From an uncultured Fibrobacteraceae bacterium (GTDB taxonomy: Bacteria; Krumholzibacteriota; Krumholzibacteriia; LZORAL124-64-63), in contig CAYYYS010000009.1 in assembly GCA_964476155.1 (NCBI GenBank), positions 18,147 through 82,146 of the forward strand: a stretch of DNA of 64,000 nucleotides. The letters are read 5' to 3'. Below the pieces are notes generated by a model. It was not told the DNA's origin. It worked only from the letters and a program-made list of their open reading frames with translations, and made no database searches. Shown here piece by piece: positions 46,091 through 56,093 of the stretch; within the stretch, counting starts at the first letter, position 1; each line of letters starts with the position of its first letter. The position numbers were made by a program, and so were the translations under genes.

Positions 46091-47494
46091 TCAATCGCGT
46101 GAATGACGTCGGAGGGCCCGTTCCAGGGCCACGGCCGGTCCCCAATGCCCCCGGTGCCGCAGCCAGCCCACGAATCGTCGCGGCTGAAATCCTCGCGCGA
46201 GGGAGAAGACCACGAAGCCCACCGTCACCGCTCGGACGGCCATCCAGAAGATGTCGCCCCAGGGTGCGCCGGCGGCCAGCACGATGGCGGCGATAAGCAG
46301 CAGCGGTAGCCAGAAGACGGGGCGAGTGAGGTCTATCAGACCCAGCAGGAACGAACGCCGTCGCGAGACGGGGCGGTCTTGCCCGAGTCCTTCCATGCGG
46401 CTCGCCATCAATTCGCGGAAGCGGTCCGGCAGGGATCGGCGGCGATAGACGAACAGGCCCACCGACATGGCGCCCAGTCCCCAGACGACGATCCATATCC
46501 CGATGGCGGTCCACAGACCCGGAGTCGACAGATCCCAGCGCTCGGTCAGCCAGCCGGTCACCGACGCGTAGGCGCGCATGAGTTGGTCGCCCACCAGCAG
46601 GTATTGGAGGATTGCGCCCTGGGCGCCGGCCCAGGCTCCCACCAGCCAGCCGCCCAGCCCGATGCCGAGGGGGTTCCAGCCGAACACGGTTGTCGCGCTG
46701 CCGAAGAGTAGGCCCTGCAGGGTAATGGCCAGCATGGGACGCAGGCGACTTCCCGCCGGCGACACGGCCTTCAGCCCGGCCGCGATGAACGGGATCCAGA
46801 TCACGCGCCGGCGGCATCCGAGCCCGGCGCCGGCAATGACCATGACGGCCGTCTGCAGACTGGAGAGGATCAAGCCCCGGCCGGGCACGCGAACGCCGTG
46901 CAGGGCCGAGCCGAGGCCCACTTCCACACCGCCGGCGCCGGCGCCGTAGCCGCCCACGCGCATCCAGTCGCGGTGCTCCAGGCAGGCGGTGCGTAGAGTC
47001 TCCCAGGCGTCCGGGTGTTCGGCGTCCACCTCGACATCGAAGTCGCGTGCCAGTCGGGAGGCGATCTCGTCGACATGGCCGGCGCGAACGCTGATCGCGA
47101 CCACGTCGGGCGCGGCGGCCCGCAGGTCGGACCACAGCCCCATGTGTCCCCGGCCGGCTGCTTCGAGCTGACCGAACTCATCGAGAACGACGAGGTGCGG
47201 CGGGGTGTCTTCGGTGAGGGCTCGGGCCCAGTCGCGGGCCTCGGCCAGCGCGGTTTCGTCGAAGGTGTAGGCGGGGATTCCCTTGGGTGTGCGGCGAGCG
47301 AAAGGGGTGACGTGGCCGTCGGCGACCCACTCCATGTCGTAGCGGGCGGCGCCCATGTGCGGGTTGCGGCGATCGTGGGCGCGGGCCAGGAAGCCGTCGG
47401 CCGACCGCCCCTGGGCTTTTGACCATGCGGCCAAGGTAGCCAGCAATGTTGTTTTTCCTGCGCCAGGGGGACCGGTGACGGCGATGAGCAGCAT
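46091..47494 (-). CDS. P-loop NTPase (THEP1/DUF2478-like) fused to a C-terminal polytopic membrane domain.
   Basis: Walker A LLIAVTGPPGAGKTTLL and Walker B VVLDEFGQLE in the first ~180 aa. ~8 predicted TM helices in the last ~280 aa. 8-nt gap to the upstream lipoprotein gene, so likely an operon. Confidence 0.65.
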   Translation of the reverse strand: MLLIAVTGPPGAGKTTLLATLAAWSKAQGRSADGFLARAHDRRNPHMGAARYDMEWVADGHVTPFARRTPKGIPAYTFDETALAEARDWARALTEDTPPHLVVLDEFGQLEAAGRGHMGLWSDLRAAAPDVVAISVRAGHVDEIASRLARDFDVEVDAEHPDAWETLRTACLEHRDWMRVGGYGAGAGGVEVGLGSALHGVRVPGRGLILSSLQTAVMVIAGAGLGCRRRVIWIPFIAAGLKAVSPAGSRLRPMLAITLQGLLFGSATTVFGWNPLGIGLGGWLVGAWAGAQGAILQYLLVGDQLMRAYASVTGWLTERWDLSTPGLWTAIGIWIVVWGLGAMSVGLFVYRRRSLPDRFRELMASRMEGLGQDRPVSRRRSFLLGLIDLTRPVFWLPLLLIAAIVLAAGAPWGDIFWMAVRAVTVGFVVFSLARGFQPRRFVGWLRHRGHWGPAVALERALRRHSRD

Positions 47495-47501
47495 TGTCGG
47501 A

Positions 47502-47795
47502 TTAACCGCCGATCTTTTCGGTCACGTCCTCGACGATCTCTCCGGTTGCGTCGATGGCGTCTTCGACGGCATCACCTGTGGCTTCAGCGGCGTCACCCAA
47601 GGCCTCGCCGGCCGCGTCGACGGCATCGCCCGCGGCATCGCCAGCGTCGCCCAGGGCCTCGCCGGCCGCTTCGCCGATCGCCTCCCCGGCGGTTTCGGCG
47701 GCTTCCTCGGTATTGTCGCAGCCGGCCAGAGCAAAAGCGAATGTGGCGATCACCGCGAGCAGCAGGATCAGGGGCCGATTCTTCAGGTCTTTCAT
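47502..47795 (-). CDS. Small acidic lipoprotein with tandem GEAxGDAxDAAG repeats.
   Basis: Signal peptide plus lipobox MKDLKNRPLILLLAVIATFAFALAGC. Repetitive acidic body AGEALGDAGDAAGDAVDAAGEALGDAAEATGDAVEDAIDATGE. Confidence 0.6.
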   Translation of the reverse strand: MKDLKNRPLILLLAVIATFAFALAGCDNTEEAAETAGEAIGEAAGEALGDAGDAAGDAVDAAGEALGDAAEATGDAVEDAIDATGEIVEDVTEKIGG

Positions 47796-47880
47796 GTCGT
47801 CTCCTCGGAGCGGGTTTGTCGCGGTCTACGCGCGGTCTCACGGATCGATAGACACGGTCAAAGAAGTGAAGTCACGGATG

Positions 47881-47984
47881 TCATTCGTATTCCTTGGGCA
47901 CCACGCAGATGAAGACGAAGGGTTCGTCACCCGCGTTGCGGAACTTGTGCAGCTCGTCCGGTGCGACGAAGGCAAAATCGCCGC
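47881..47984 (-). pseudogene. Cupin-domain protein, C-terminal fragment only, truncated at the 33-bp repeat.
   Basis: Minus-strand frame reads ...VGGDFAFVAPDELHKFRNAGDEPFVFICVVPKEYE* (cupin motif-2-like PDELHKFRN). The frame runs into the repeat and reaches a stop at about 48031 with no Met and no cupin motif 1. Confidence 0.5.
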
Positions 47985-48017
47985 CAACCCCCAATTTCCT
48001 GTTTGACAGAACACTAG
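47985..48017 (+). repeat. Copy 2 of the exact 33-bp direct repeat CAACCCCCAATTTCCTGTTTGACAGAACACTAG.
   Basis: Identical to 2755-2787. Abuts the truncated cupin fragment and lies upstream of the RND operon leader. Confidence 0.8.
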
Positions 48018-48315
48018 GGACTTTCGAAGACTAGCACGGCGCGGCGTCGGCGTCACTGTAAGGGCCGTGTGGCGAAATGAGCAGGAGCCGCCTCAAAACG
48101 CCGCGGGAACGACGTTGCGACCGCGTGAAGTTGCCGGTCCGACGATCCCGTGGCGGGAAAGGGCGGCGGCTCCTGCAAGATTCGACGGTCGGAAGAGGTG
48201 GGAATCTCCCGGTAGATCAGACAGAATACGGAATCCCGTGATGGCGGGCAATACGACACCCGGAAATGGTTATGCAACCTTTGGGACCAGGCGTGCGTCT
48301 TTGATCTTCGTGACC

Positions 48316-48436
48316 TTTACCCGGAGTATTCATGAGTCACCTACTGCGGAGGAGCAGTTTGAGATCTGACAGCACCCTCCTCGTCACGGCAACTCATGAA
48401 TATTCCGGGTAGATCGATCCGCATTTACCCGGAGAG
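48316..48436 (+). promoter_or_regulatory. Putative operator/leader region of the RND efflux operon. Has an 18-bp inverted repeat pair and a third direct copy of TTTACCCGGAG next to the RBS.
   Basis: TTTACCCGGAGTATTCATGAGT ... ACTCATGAATATTCCGGGTA (one mismatch), spaced ~55 bp apart with an internal GAGGAG/CTCCTC complement. GCATTTACCCGGAGAGG lies directly before ATG 48445. Confidence 0.4.
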
Positions 48437-48444
48437 GCAAGCCC

Positions 48445-49656
48445 ATGACCCGCAAATCCATCCTGATATCCTTGTTCGTGGTGATCGTCCTGACCGTTGG
48501 CGGTTTTGCGCTGTGGAAGGCCGGCCTGCTGCCCGTGGGTTCGGATGCGCAGGAGGCTGAAGCGGCGGCGGGCGACTCCCTCTCCGTGGACGAAACGGTC
48601 GCCGAAGTCGACGATGATGGTGACGAGGAAGAGATCGTGGCCGTGCCGGTCGAACTGTCCGAGGTGACACGTCGCGCCATCGCCGCCTACTACAAGGCGG
48701 CTTCGGTCGTGGAAGCGGACCGTCTGGTGGATCTGGTTGCCAAGACGCAGGGCCGCATCCAGGCCCTGAACGTGGAGGAAGGCGACTGGGTAACCCGGGG
48801 ACAGGTTCTCGCCGAGATCGAGAACGATCGCGAGAAGGTCCAGCTGCGTCAGGCCAACCTGAAGCTCGCGGACCAGAACCGGCAGCTCGAGCGCAATCGC
48901 GCCATGGTCGATGAGGGTCTGATCAGCGATTCGGAATTCGACGTCGTGCGCTCGGCCTACGAACTGGCGGAAGCCGACCGGGATCTGGCCGAGATCGCAT
49001 TGGAAGAAACCCTCGTGCGCGCCCCCTTCGCGGGACAGGTCACCGAGCGCAAGATCGTGTTGGGGCAGCAGGTCAACGTCACCGCGCCCCTGTTCGCGCT
49101 CGGCGATTTCTCGCCCATGCGGGTGCGTGTGTATCTGCCCGAGGAGATCGCCATGCGCGTGTCGCCGGGGCAGCGCGTGCTGATCACGCCCGAGGCTCTC
49201 GGTCGTGACCTGGAAGCCCGGGTCGAGCGGATCGCGCCCGTGGTCGATCCCGCCACCAGTACGGTGCGTCTCACTCTGCTGATCGAGGACGGCGCCGACC
49301 TGGTTCGCGCCGGCGGTTTCGTGAAAGCGCGGATCACCACCGACACCCACAACGACGCCCTGTCGGTCCCCAAGCTGGCCCTGGTCGAAGAAGGCGGCCT
49401 GCGCAGCGTCTTCGTGGCCGAGGCCGATACCGTGCGGAAGGTCGAGGTCAATGCCGGCCTGTATGACGAGGTGTTCGTGGAGATTCTCGACGGTGTCGAG
49501 GACGGACAGTATGTGGTGACCGCCGGACAAGGGGGTCTGCGCACAGGCTCTCACATCGAGGCACTCAACGCCGCGGAGATCGGCTGGGATCCGACGCCGG
49601 ACGCCATGGCCGTCGCCGGCGAGGATACGCAGCTTGCCACCGTCGAATCCAAGTAA
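48445..49656 (+). CDS. Efflux RND transporter periplasmic adaptor subunit (HlyD/MFP family).
   Basis: N-terminal TM anchor, coiled-coil, lipoyl/beta-barrel MFP domains, RVYLPEE-type barrel motif. Confidence 0.88.
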   Translation: MTRKSILISLFVVIVLTVGGFALWKAGLLPVGSDAQEAEAAAGDSLSVDETVAEVDDDGDEEEIVAVPVELSEVTRRAIAAYYKAASVVEADRLVDLVAKTQGRIQALNVEEGDWVTRGQVLAEIENDREKVQLRQANLKLADQNRQLERNRAMVDEGLISDSEFDVVRSAYELAEADRDLAEIALEETLVRAPFAGQVTERKIVLGQQVNVTAPLFALGDFSPMRVRVYLPEEIAMRVSPGQRVLITPEALGRDLEARVERIAPVVDPATSTVRLTLLIEDGADLVRAGGFVKARITTDTHNDALSVPKLALVEEGGLRSVFVAEADTVRKVEVNAGLYDEVFVEILDGVEDGQYVVTAGQGGLRTGSHIEALNAAEIGWDPTPDAMAVAGEDTQLATVESK

Positions 49657-49696
49657 CGCCCATATCCGATAACGCCCGTCAGCGGGGAGACCTCAC

Positions 49697-52600
49697 GTGA
49701 AAGCCATCCGTTTCGCCGTCACCCATCCCGTCACCATCTGGATGGCCACCCTGGCCGCCGTGGTTTTCGGCATGGTCGCTCTGGGCCGCCTGGACATGCG
49801 CCTGCTGCCGGAGATCCGCTACCCCAGTCTCACGCTGCAGACGGAGATTCCCAACACCACGCCCGTCGACGTCGAGAACCTGGTGACGCGACCCCTCGAA
49901 GAGGCGGTCGGCGTGGTGCCGGGCCTGCGACGCGTCCACTCGATCAGCCAGGCGGGCCTGTCCCAGATCACGATGGAATTCGGCTGGGGCACGGACATGG
50001 ATTACGCGGCCCTCGACGTGCGTGAGAAGATCGACATGATCCAGCCGCCCGAGGACGCCCTGCCCTCGGTGCTTCTCAAATACGATCCGTCCCTGGACCC
50101 AGTGCTGCGTATCGGTCTTTGGGGGGACATGACCCAGGTGCAGCTGCGCAACATTGCCGAGGACGTGCTCAAGCGCGAGATCGAGTCGTTGCAGGGCGTG
50201 GCCGCGGCCAAGGTGGCCGGCGGTCTGGAGGAGGAAATCCAGGTCAAGGTGGACGAGGCGCGGTTATCGGCGCTGGGCGTTCCCATCACCACGGTCAACC
50301 GGGCCCTGGCCCAGGAAAACGTGAACGCGTCGGGCGGGCGTCTGCGCGATCGCAACGCCGAATACATCGTGCGCACCCTGAGCCGCTTCGAGAACCTCGA
50401 CGATATCGGTGAAGTCACCGTAACGGTGCGCGACGGTCAGCCCGTGAAGCTGCGCGACGTGGCGGCCATCACGCGCACTCACCGCGAACGGACCACCATC
50501 ACGCACGTGGACGGCCGCGAGAGCGTGGAGATCGCCGTCTACAAGGAGGGCGACCAGAACATCGTGGAAATGGCCGCGCGGGTGCGCAGTCATCTGGAAC
50601 ACACGCGCGAGCAACTGCCCGGGGGCGTGAACGTCGAGGTGCTCTTCGACCAGTCGGTGTTCATTGCCAAGGCCATCTCCGAGGTGCGCAACAACGCCCT
50701 GCTCGGTGGTCTGCTGGCGGTGCTGGTGCTCTTCGTCTTCCTGCGCGATTTCCGCAGCACGCTGATCATCGGCGTGTCGATTCCCATCTCGATCGTCGCC
50801 ACCTTCATTCTCATGCACACCCGCGGCGTCTCGCTGAACGTGATGTCCCTGGGCGGGCTGGCCCTGGGCGTGGGCATGCTGGTGGACAACTCCATCGTGG
50901 TGCTCGAAGCCATACATCGGCGGCGAGAAGAAGCGAAGGGTGATGTCGACCGGCGGAAGCTCACCGTCAAGGGCGCCTCGGAGGTGGGCTCCGCGGTGAT
51001 CGCCTCGACCCTCACGACGGTCGCCGTCTTCGTGCCCATCGTTTTCGTGGTAGTTGGCGTGGCCGGACAGATTTTTCGCGACCAGGCCCTGACGGTCACC
51101 TTCTCCCTGTTCGTCTCGCTGATCGTGGCGCTCACCTTCACGCCCATGGCCATGGCCTGGGGCGCGCGCGACGGTGGTGCGGATCAGGGCGGCGAGCGGC
51201 TCGCTTTCCGCCGCCGCCTTTTCGCCTGGACGCGCTTCGCCGGCGAGACACGCAATTTCTGGTGGTATCCGCGCGCAATCATGCTGGGATTCGTACTCTT
51301 CCTGCCCGTGTTGCTGGTGACCCTTGTGCGGCAGCTGGGATGGTTGATCGGGCGTCTCGGCGGGTGGGCCATGGTGCCGCTGACGACCGGTTTCGGTATC
51401 GTCTGGCCGCGGCTGGTGCGCAGCTATTCGCACCTGTTGGCGGGGGCCCTGGTCCGTCGTGGCCTGGTGATGGTGCTGGTCGTCCTGCTGGCTGCGGGCG
51501 CAGTCCTGCTTTTCCCGACCCTCGGTAACGAATTGATCCCGCCGCTGGCCCAGGGTGAGTTCACGCTGGGTCTGGAGCTGCCCGAAGGCACGCCCTTGAG
51601 TCGCACGAACACGCGGGTCGCCGCCATCGAGACCGAGCTGGCCAGTGTGGACGGTATCGTGCTGACCGCCTCGGACGTGGGCGTCAGCCGTGAGGGCAAC
51701 ACCAGCGCGCAGCGTCGCAAGGAGAATCGGGCGGAAATCCACGTCAAGCTCGACAGCGCCACCAAGGAGCGCGAGGAGCAGGTGCTGGAGGATGTGCGCG
51801 CCATCTTGGCGGGGTATCCCGAAGTGACCCAGAAGCTGCGTCGCCAGTCCCTGTTCAGCTTCAACGCACCCGTGGAAGTGGACGTGTACGGCTACAACCT
51901 GGACGACCTCCAGGCCACCGTCTCGCTCGTGGCCAAGGAGATGGCCGATATCGACGGATTGCGCGACGTGAAACAGGGCATGGTGCCCGGCTCGCCCGAG
52001 GTGCGCGTCTCCTTCGATCGCGACAAGCTCAATCGGTACAACCTGACCTTGTCGGACGTGTCGGAGACGGTGCGCGGCAAGGTTCGCGGCACCGTGGCCA
52101 GCCGCATCCGCGAGCGGGAGCGCCACATCGATATCCGCGTGCTCAACGAGGACGAGCAGCGCAACACGCTGCAGGCGGTGCGGAACCTGATCATCGCCGA
52201 GCGCGGGGGCATCTCCATTCCCCTGTCCGCGGTGGCGTCGATGAGCGTCGAGCGCGGGCCTTCGGAAATCCATCGATTGGGGCGCAAGCGCGTGGCCATC
52301 GTGACGGCCAACCTGGTCGGACGCGATCTGGGCTCTGTCTCGCAGGAGATCGAGGCCCGGCTGCGCACCCTCACGTTGCCGGCGAACATCAGCGTGGCCC
52401 TCGGCGGCCAGAACGACGAGATGCAAAAGTCCTACCGCTCGCTGCAGATGGCGATCCTGCTGGCCGTCTTCCTGGTCTATCTGGTGATGGCCGCGCAGTT
52501 CGAGAGCTTCCTGCATCCGTTCATCATCATGTTCACCGTTCCGTTGGCGCTGATCGGCGCGGTCTACGGACTCAAGCTGACCGGTACCTCGGTGAGCGTG

Positions 52601-52996
52601 ATCGCCGTGATCGGCGCGATCATGCTGGCGGGTATCGTGGTGAACAACGGCATCGTGCTGGTGGACCGGATCAACAAGCTGCGCCGTCGGCTCGGCTTGT
52701 ACGAGGCCGTGTTGCAGGCGGGGCAGGAACGCTTCCGGCCCATCGTAATGACCACCGCGACCACCGTCCTGGGTCTGCTGCCCATGGCACTGGGCCTGGG
52801 CGAAGGCGCCGAACTGCGCGCGCCCCTGGCGATCACGGTCATCGCGGGCCTGTTGCTGGCGACCCTGCTGACACTGGTGGTTGTTCCGGTCGTCTACACG
52901 CTGATCACGCCCAACGCCGAGGTTCCGGTCGGCGCGCGGGGTCGCGTGCGGAAGCCACTGGTCAGGTCGGCCGGGTTGGCGCGAGGGGAGTCCTGA
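49697..52996 (+). CDS. Efflux RND transporter permease subunit (AcrB/CzcA family), first of two tandem permeases.
   Basis: 12-TM plus two large periplasmic loops. Conserved GLALGVGMLVDNSIVVLE and TTVLGLLPMA segments. 1099 aa. Confidence 0.9.
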   Translation: MKAIRFAVTHPVTIWMATLAAVVFGMVALGRLDMRLLPEIRYPSLTLQTEIPNTTPVDVENLVTRPLEEAVGVVPGLRRVHSISQAGLSQITMEFGWGTDMDYAALDVREKIDMIQPPEDALPSVLLKYDPSLDPVLRIGLWGDMTQVQLRNIAEDVLKREIESLQGVAAAKVAGGLEEEIQVKVDEARLSALGVPITTVNRALAQENVNASGGRLRDRNAEYIVRTLSRFENLDDIGEVTVTVRDGQPVKLRDVAAITRTHRERTTITHVDGRESVEIAVYKEGDQNIVEMAARVRSHLEHTREQLPGGVNVEVLFDQSVFIAKAISEVRNNALLGGLLAVLVLFVFLRDFRSTLIIGVSIPISIVATFILMHTRGVSLNVMSLGGLALGVGMLVDNSIVVLEAIHRRREEAKGDVDRRKLTVKGASEVGSAVIASTLTTVAVFVPIVFVVVGVAGQIFRDQALTVTFSLFVSLIVALTFTPMAMAWGARDGGADQGGERLAFRRRLFAWTRFAGETRNFWWYPRAIMLGFVLFLPVLLVTLVRQLGWLIGRLGGWAMVPLTTGFGIVWPRLVRSYSHLLAGALVRRGLVMVLVVLLAAGAVLLFPTLGNELIPPLAQGEFTLGLELPEGTPLSRTNTRVAAIETELASVDGIVLTASDVGVSREGNTSAQRRKENRAEIHVKLDSATKEREEQVLEDVRAILAGYPEVTQKLRRQSLFSFNAPVEVDVYGYNLDDLQATVSLVAKEMADIDGLRDVKQGMVPGSPEVRVSFDRDKLNRYNLTLSDVSETVRGKVRGTVASRIRERERHIDIRVLNEDEQRNTLQAVRNLIIAERGGISIPLSAVASMSVERGPSEIHRLGRKRVAIVTANLVGRDLGSVSQEIEARLRTLTLPANISVALGGQNDEMQKSYRSLQMAILLAVFLVYLVMAAQFESFLHPFIIMFTVPLALIGAVYGLKLTGTSVSVIAVIGAIMLAGIVVNNGIVLVDRINKLRRRLGLYEAVLQAGQERFRPIVMTTATTVLGLLPMALGLGEGAELRAPLAITVIAGLLLATLLTLVVVPVVYTLITPNAEVPVGARGRVRKPLVRSAGLARGES

Positions 52997-52997
52997 C

Positions 52998-55900
52998 ATG
53001 TGGCTCACGCGTGTTTCCCTGCGACGTCCGGTATCCCTGGCCATGGCCCTGATCACGATCATCGTGCTCGGCGCGGTGTCGATGTGGAAGATCCCGCTCG
53101 ACTTCCTGCCCCGCATGGAATTTCCCTTCATCGGCGTGATCGTACCCTATCCCAACGGGATTCCCAGCGAGGTGGAGAAGGAGATCGTCCTGCCCATCGA
53201 GGAGGTGCTGGCGACTCTCGGCGGCGTGCGTGAACTGAGCAGCTATTCGGACGCTGACCAGGCCTTCGTGGGTGTCCAGTTCGACTGGGGCCGCGACGTC
53301 AACCTGCTGCGCATGGAGGTGAAGGAGCGGATCGACCAGATCCGGGGCGACCTGCCCGCGGACATACGCAACATCCTGCTGTTGACCTTCGACACCAACG
53401 ACATCCCCATCCTCCAGGGTCGTATCGCCGCCAAGGGGCGCGACCTGTCCGAGAGCTGGGATCTGCTGGATCAGAAGATCATCGCCCCGTTGCAGCGCAT
53501 TCCGGGTGTGGGGCAGGTCAACATCGACGGCGTGCTGCCGACGCAGGCCTCGATCTACCTGGACTTCGACAAGATTCTCGAACACGACGTGGACGTGAGC
53601 AACCTGTTCCGAATCCTGAGTGCGGCCAACGTCGAGCTGACCGTCGGCCGGGTCACGGACGAAGGCCTGCGTTACGACGTGCGCACGGTCAGCGGCCTGA
53701 GCGGTGTCGATGATCTTCGTCTGTTGCCCATCAACGAACGTGGCCTGCGGTTGCAGGACATCGCCAATGTCGTCTACGGCGCACCCGGTCTGAGTTATGG
53801 GCGACGTCTCAACGGCGAACCGGCCATCGCCTTCTGGATTCAGAAGGCGTCGGGTTTCAACACGGTCGAGGTGTGCCGCGCCGTCGAGGCCGAACTGACG
53901 CGCATCAACCTCGATCCCTCACTGCAGGGCATCAGCAGTTTCGCCTTTTTCAACCAGGCCGACCAGATCACCAATTCGTTGAAGGGTCTCTTTCAGGGCG
54001 GATCGATCGGCTCGCTGCTGGCCGTGCTTGTGCTCTACCTGTTCCTGCGGCGCCTGAGCATGACCCTGGTGGTGTCGGTGGCGATCCCGTTGTCGATCAT
54101 GGGCACCGCGGTTTTCCTCTACCTGTCGGGGCGCTCGCTCAACATCCTGACCATGATGGGATTGATGCTGGGCGTGGGCATGCTCGTGGACAATGCCGTG
54201 GTGGTCCTGGAGTCGATCCATCGGCGACAGCGCGCGGGCGCCAGCCCCTTGGCCGCGGCCGTGCGCGGTACCCGCGAGGTGGGACGCGCGGTGGTGGCGT
54301 CGACCCTGACGACGATCATCGTCTTCGCGCCGATCATCGTCAGCAAGACCGACGAGATGTCGGTGTGGCTGGGCGAGGTGGGTGTGACCATCAGCATCAT
54401 GCTGGTCTTTTCGCTCCTGGTCAGCCTGACCGTGATTCCGCCGCTCTCGGTACGTCTGACCCGCGACAGCGGCGCCGTCAAGGAGAACGGCTGGCTGGCC
54501 GGCGTGCGCAAGCGCTATCTGCGCGTGCTCGGCTGGACGGCGTTGCGTCATCCGTTGCTGACGGCCCTGGTCATCATACCCGTAGTGTTGATCGTCACGG
54601 GCGGGATGATGAAGGTGACCAACTTCAAGCCGGAGGCGTTCGGCGACGAGGGGATTCGTCGCGAGAGTCTCTACATCAACTGCAACTTCACCGATCCCAT
54701 GGACAAGTACCGTACGAGCGACTGCGTTCAGAAGGCCGAGGACTATATCGAGACGCGCCGGGAGGAATTGAGTATCCGCGATATCTACATCTACTATACA
54801 GCCGATCGCGGCGGCATCTCCCTGTTCTTCGAGTCGGGCGTGGTGTCGGACGCGTTCTACAAGGATGTCCGTGACGATCTGCGCGAAAACCTGCCCAAGC
54901 AGGCGGGGCTGAAATACGAGTTCGGGGACGAAGAGGGTCAGGGATCCGGCGTGAAAACCTTCGCGATAACCATCCACGGCGAGGAGACCGAGCTGTTGAT
55001 GGAGATCGGCCAGGACGTCAAGCACCTGTTGGCGTCGGTCGAGGGCGTGAGCGATCTGCGCGCAGAGGGCGAGGACGGCAACAAGGAGATCCAGATCCAC
55101 GTGGATCGCGAGGCGGCCGCGCGCGTGGGCGTGACGCCCGACACCATTTCCCAGATCATGGGTCTGACCTATCGCGGCGTGCAGCTCCCGCGTCTGAACA
55201 CCGGCCAGAAGGAAGTCGATATGGTCGTGGTGCTCGATCCGAGTGATCGCGAGAGCATCGAGAATCTGTCGATCCTGACCGTGGGCGCGGTCGAGGGACA
55301 AGCCGTCCAGCTCGGCCAGGTGGCTGATTTCACCATCGAAGAGAGCCCCCGGCGCATTTTCCGCGAAAACCAGAAGTCCGGCATCACCATCCGCGGCACC
55401 TACGACGGCGAGAAGCTGGACGACGCCCTGGACAAGTTCCGGATCCTGCTCGACGGCGTGGAGTTTCCCATCGGCTACGGCTGGGATTTCGGTTCCCAGA
55501 TCCGCCGCGGTCAGCAGCAGCAGAGCGAGATGGGTTTGAACATGCTGCTGGCGCTGGTCTGCGTCTTCTTCGTGATGGCCAGCCTCTTCGAGTCGCTGCT
55601 GCATCCGCTGGTCGTGATGAGTTGCGTGCCCTTCGCATCGGTGGGGGTGTTCTGGATCATGATGGCCACCGGCACGCCGTTCAACATGATGGCCATGATC
55701 GGCATCGTGATATTGATCGGGATCGTGGTGAACAACGGCATTGTGCTGATCGACCACATCAACAACCATCGGCGTGAGGGGTTGACCCTCGAAGAGGCGC
55801 TGATTGCCGGCTGCCGCGACCGGCTGCGTCCGATCCTGATGACCGCCGGTACGACCATCCTCGGCCTGTTGCCGCTGGCGATTTTCAAAGGCGCGCATGT

Positions 55901-56093
55901 GGGGGACGCCGAGTATTATCCCATGGCCCGGGCGATCATCGGCGGGTTGGCTTCGAGTACGCTGCTCACGTTGATCGTGCTGCCCACGTATTATCTCATT
56001 GCCAATCGGTATGCCGTGGCGTTCACGACGGGGTTGCGGGCGATGTTGAAGGGGCGGGGTGAGGCGGGGACGGGCGTAGCGCCTTCGGCCTGA
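52998..56093 (+). CDS. Efflux RND transporter permease subunit, second tandem permease (MdtB/MdtC-like pairing).
   Basis: Same architecture (LMLGVGMLVDNAVVVLE, GTTILGLLPLA). Starts 2 nt after the preceding stop. 1031 aa. Confidence 0.9.
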   Translation: MWLTRVSLRRPVSLAMALITIIVLGAVSMWKIPLDFLPRMEFPFIGVIVPYPNGIPSEVEKEIVLPIEEVLATLGGVRELSSYSDADQAFVGVQFDWGRDVNLLRMEVKERIDQIRGDLPADIRNILLLTFDTNDIPILQGRIAAKGRDLSESWDLLDQKIIAPLQRIPGVGQVNIDGVLPTQASIYLDFDKILEHDVDVSNLFRILSAANVELTVGRVTDEGLRYDVRTVSGLSGVDDLRLLPINERGLRLQDIANVVYGAPGLSYGRRLNGEPAIAFWIQKASGFNTVEVCRAVEAELTRINLDPSLQGISSFAFFNQADQITNSLKGLFQGGSIGSLLAVLVLYLFLRRLSMTLVVSVAIPLSIMGTAVFLYLSGRSLNILTMMGLMLGVGMLVDNAVVVLESIHRRQRAGASPLAAAVRGTREVGRAVVASTLTTIIVFAPIIVSKTDEMSVWLGEVGVTISIMLVFSLLVSLTVIPPLSVRLTRDSGAVKENGWLAGVRKRYLRVLGWTALRHPLLTALVIIPVVLIVTGGMMKVTNFKPEAFGDEGIRRESLYINCNFTDPMDKYRTSDCVQKAEDYIETRREELSIRDIYIYYTADRGGISLFFESGVVSDAFYKDVRDDLRENLPKQAGLKYEFGDEEGQGSGVKTFAITIHGEETELLMEIGQDVKHLLASVEGVSDLRAEGEDGNKEIQIHVDREAAARVGVTPDTISQIMGLTYRGVQLPRLNTGQKEVDMVVVLDPSDRESIENLSILTVGAVEGQAVQLGQVADFTIEESPRRIFRENQKSGITIRGTYDGEKLDDALDKFRILLDGVEFPIGYGWDFGSQIRRGQQQQSEMGLNMLLALVCVFFVMASLFESLLHPLVVMSCVPFASVGVFWIMMATGTPFNMMAMIGIVILIGIVVNNGIVLIDHINNHRREGLTLEEALIAGCRDRLRPILMTAGTTILGLLPLAIFKGAHVGDAEYYPMARAIIGGLASSTLLTLIVLPTYYLIANRYAVAFTTGLRAMLKGRGEAGTGVAPSA

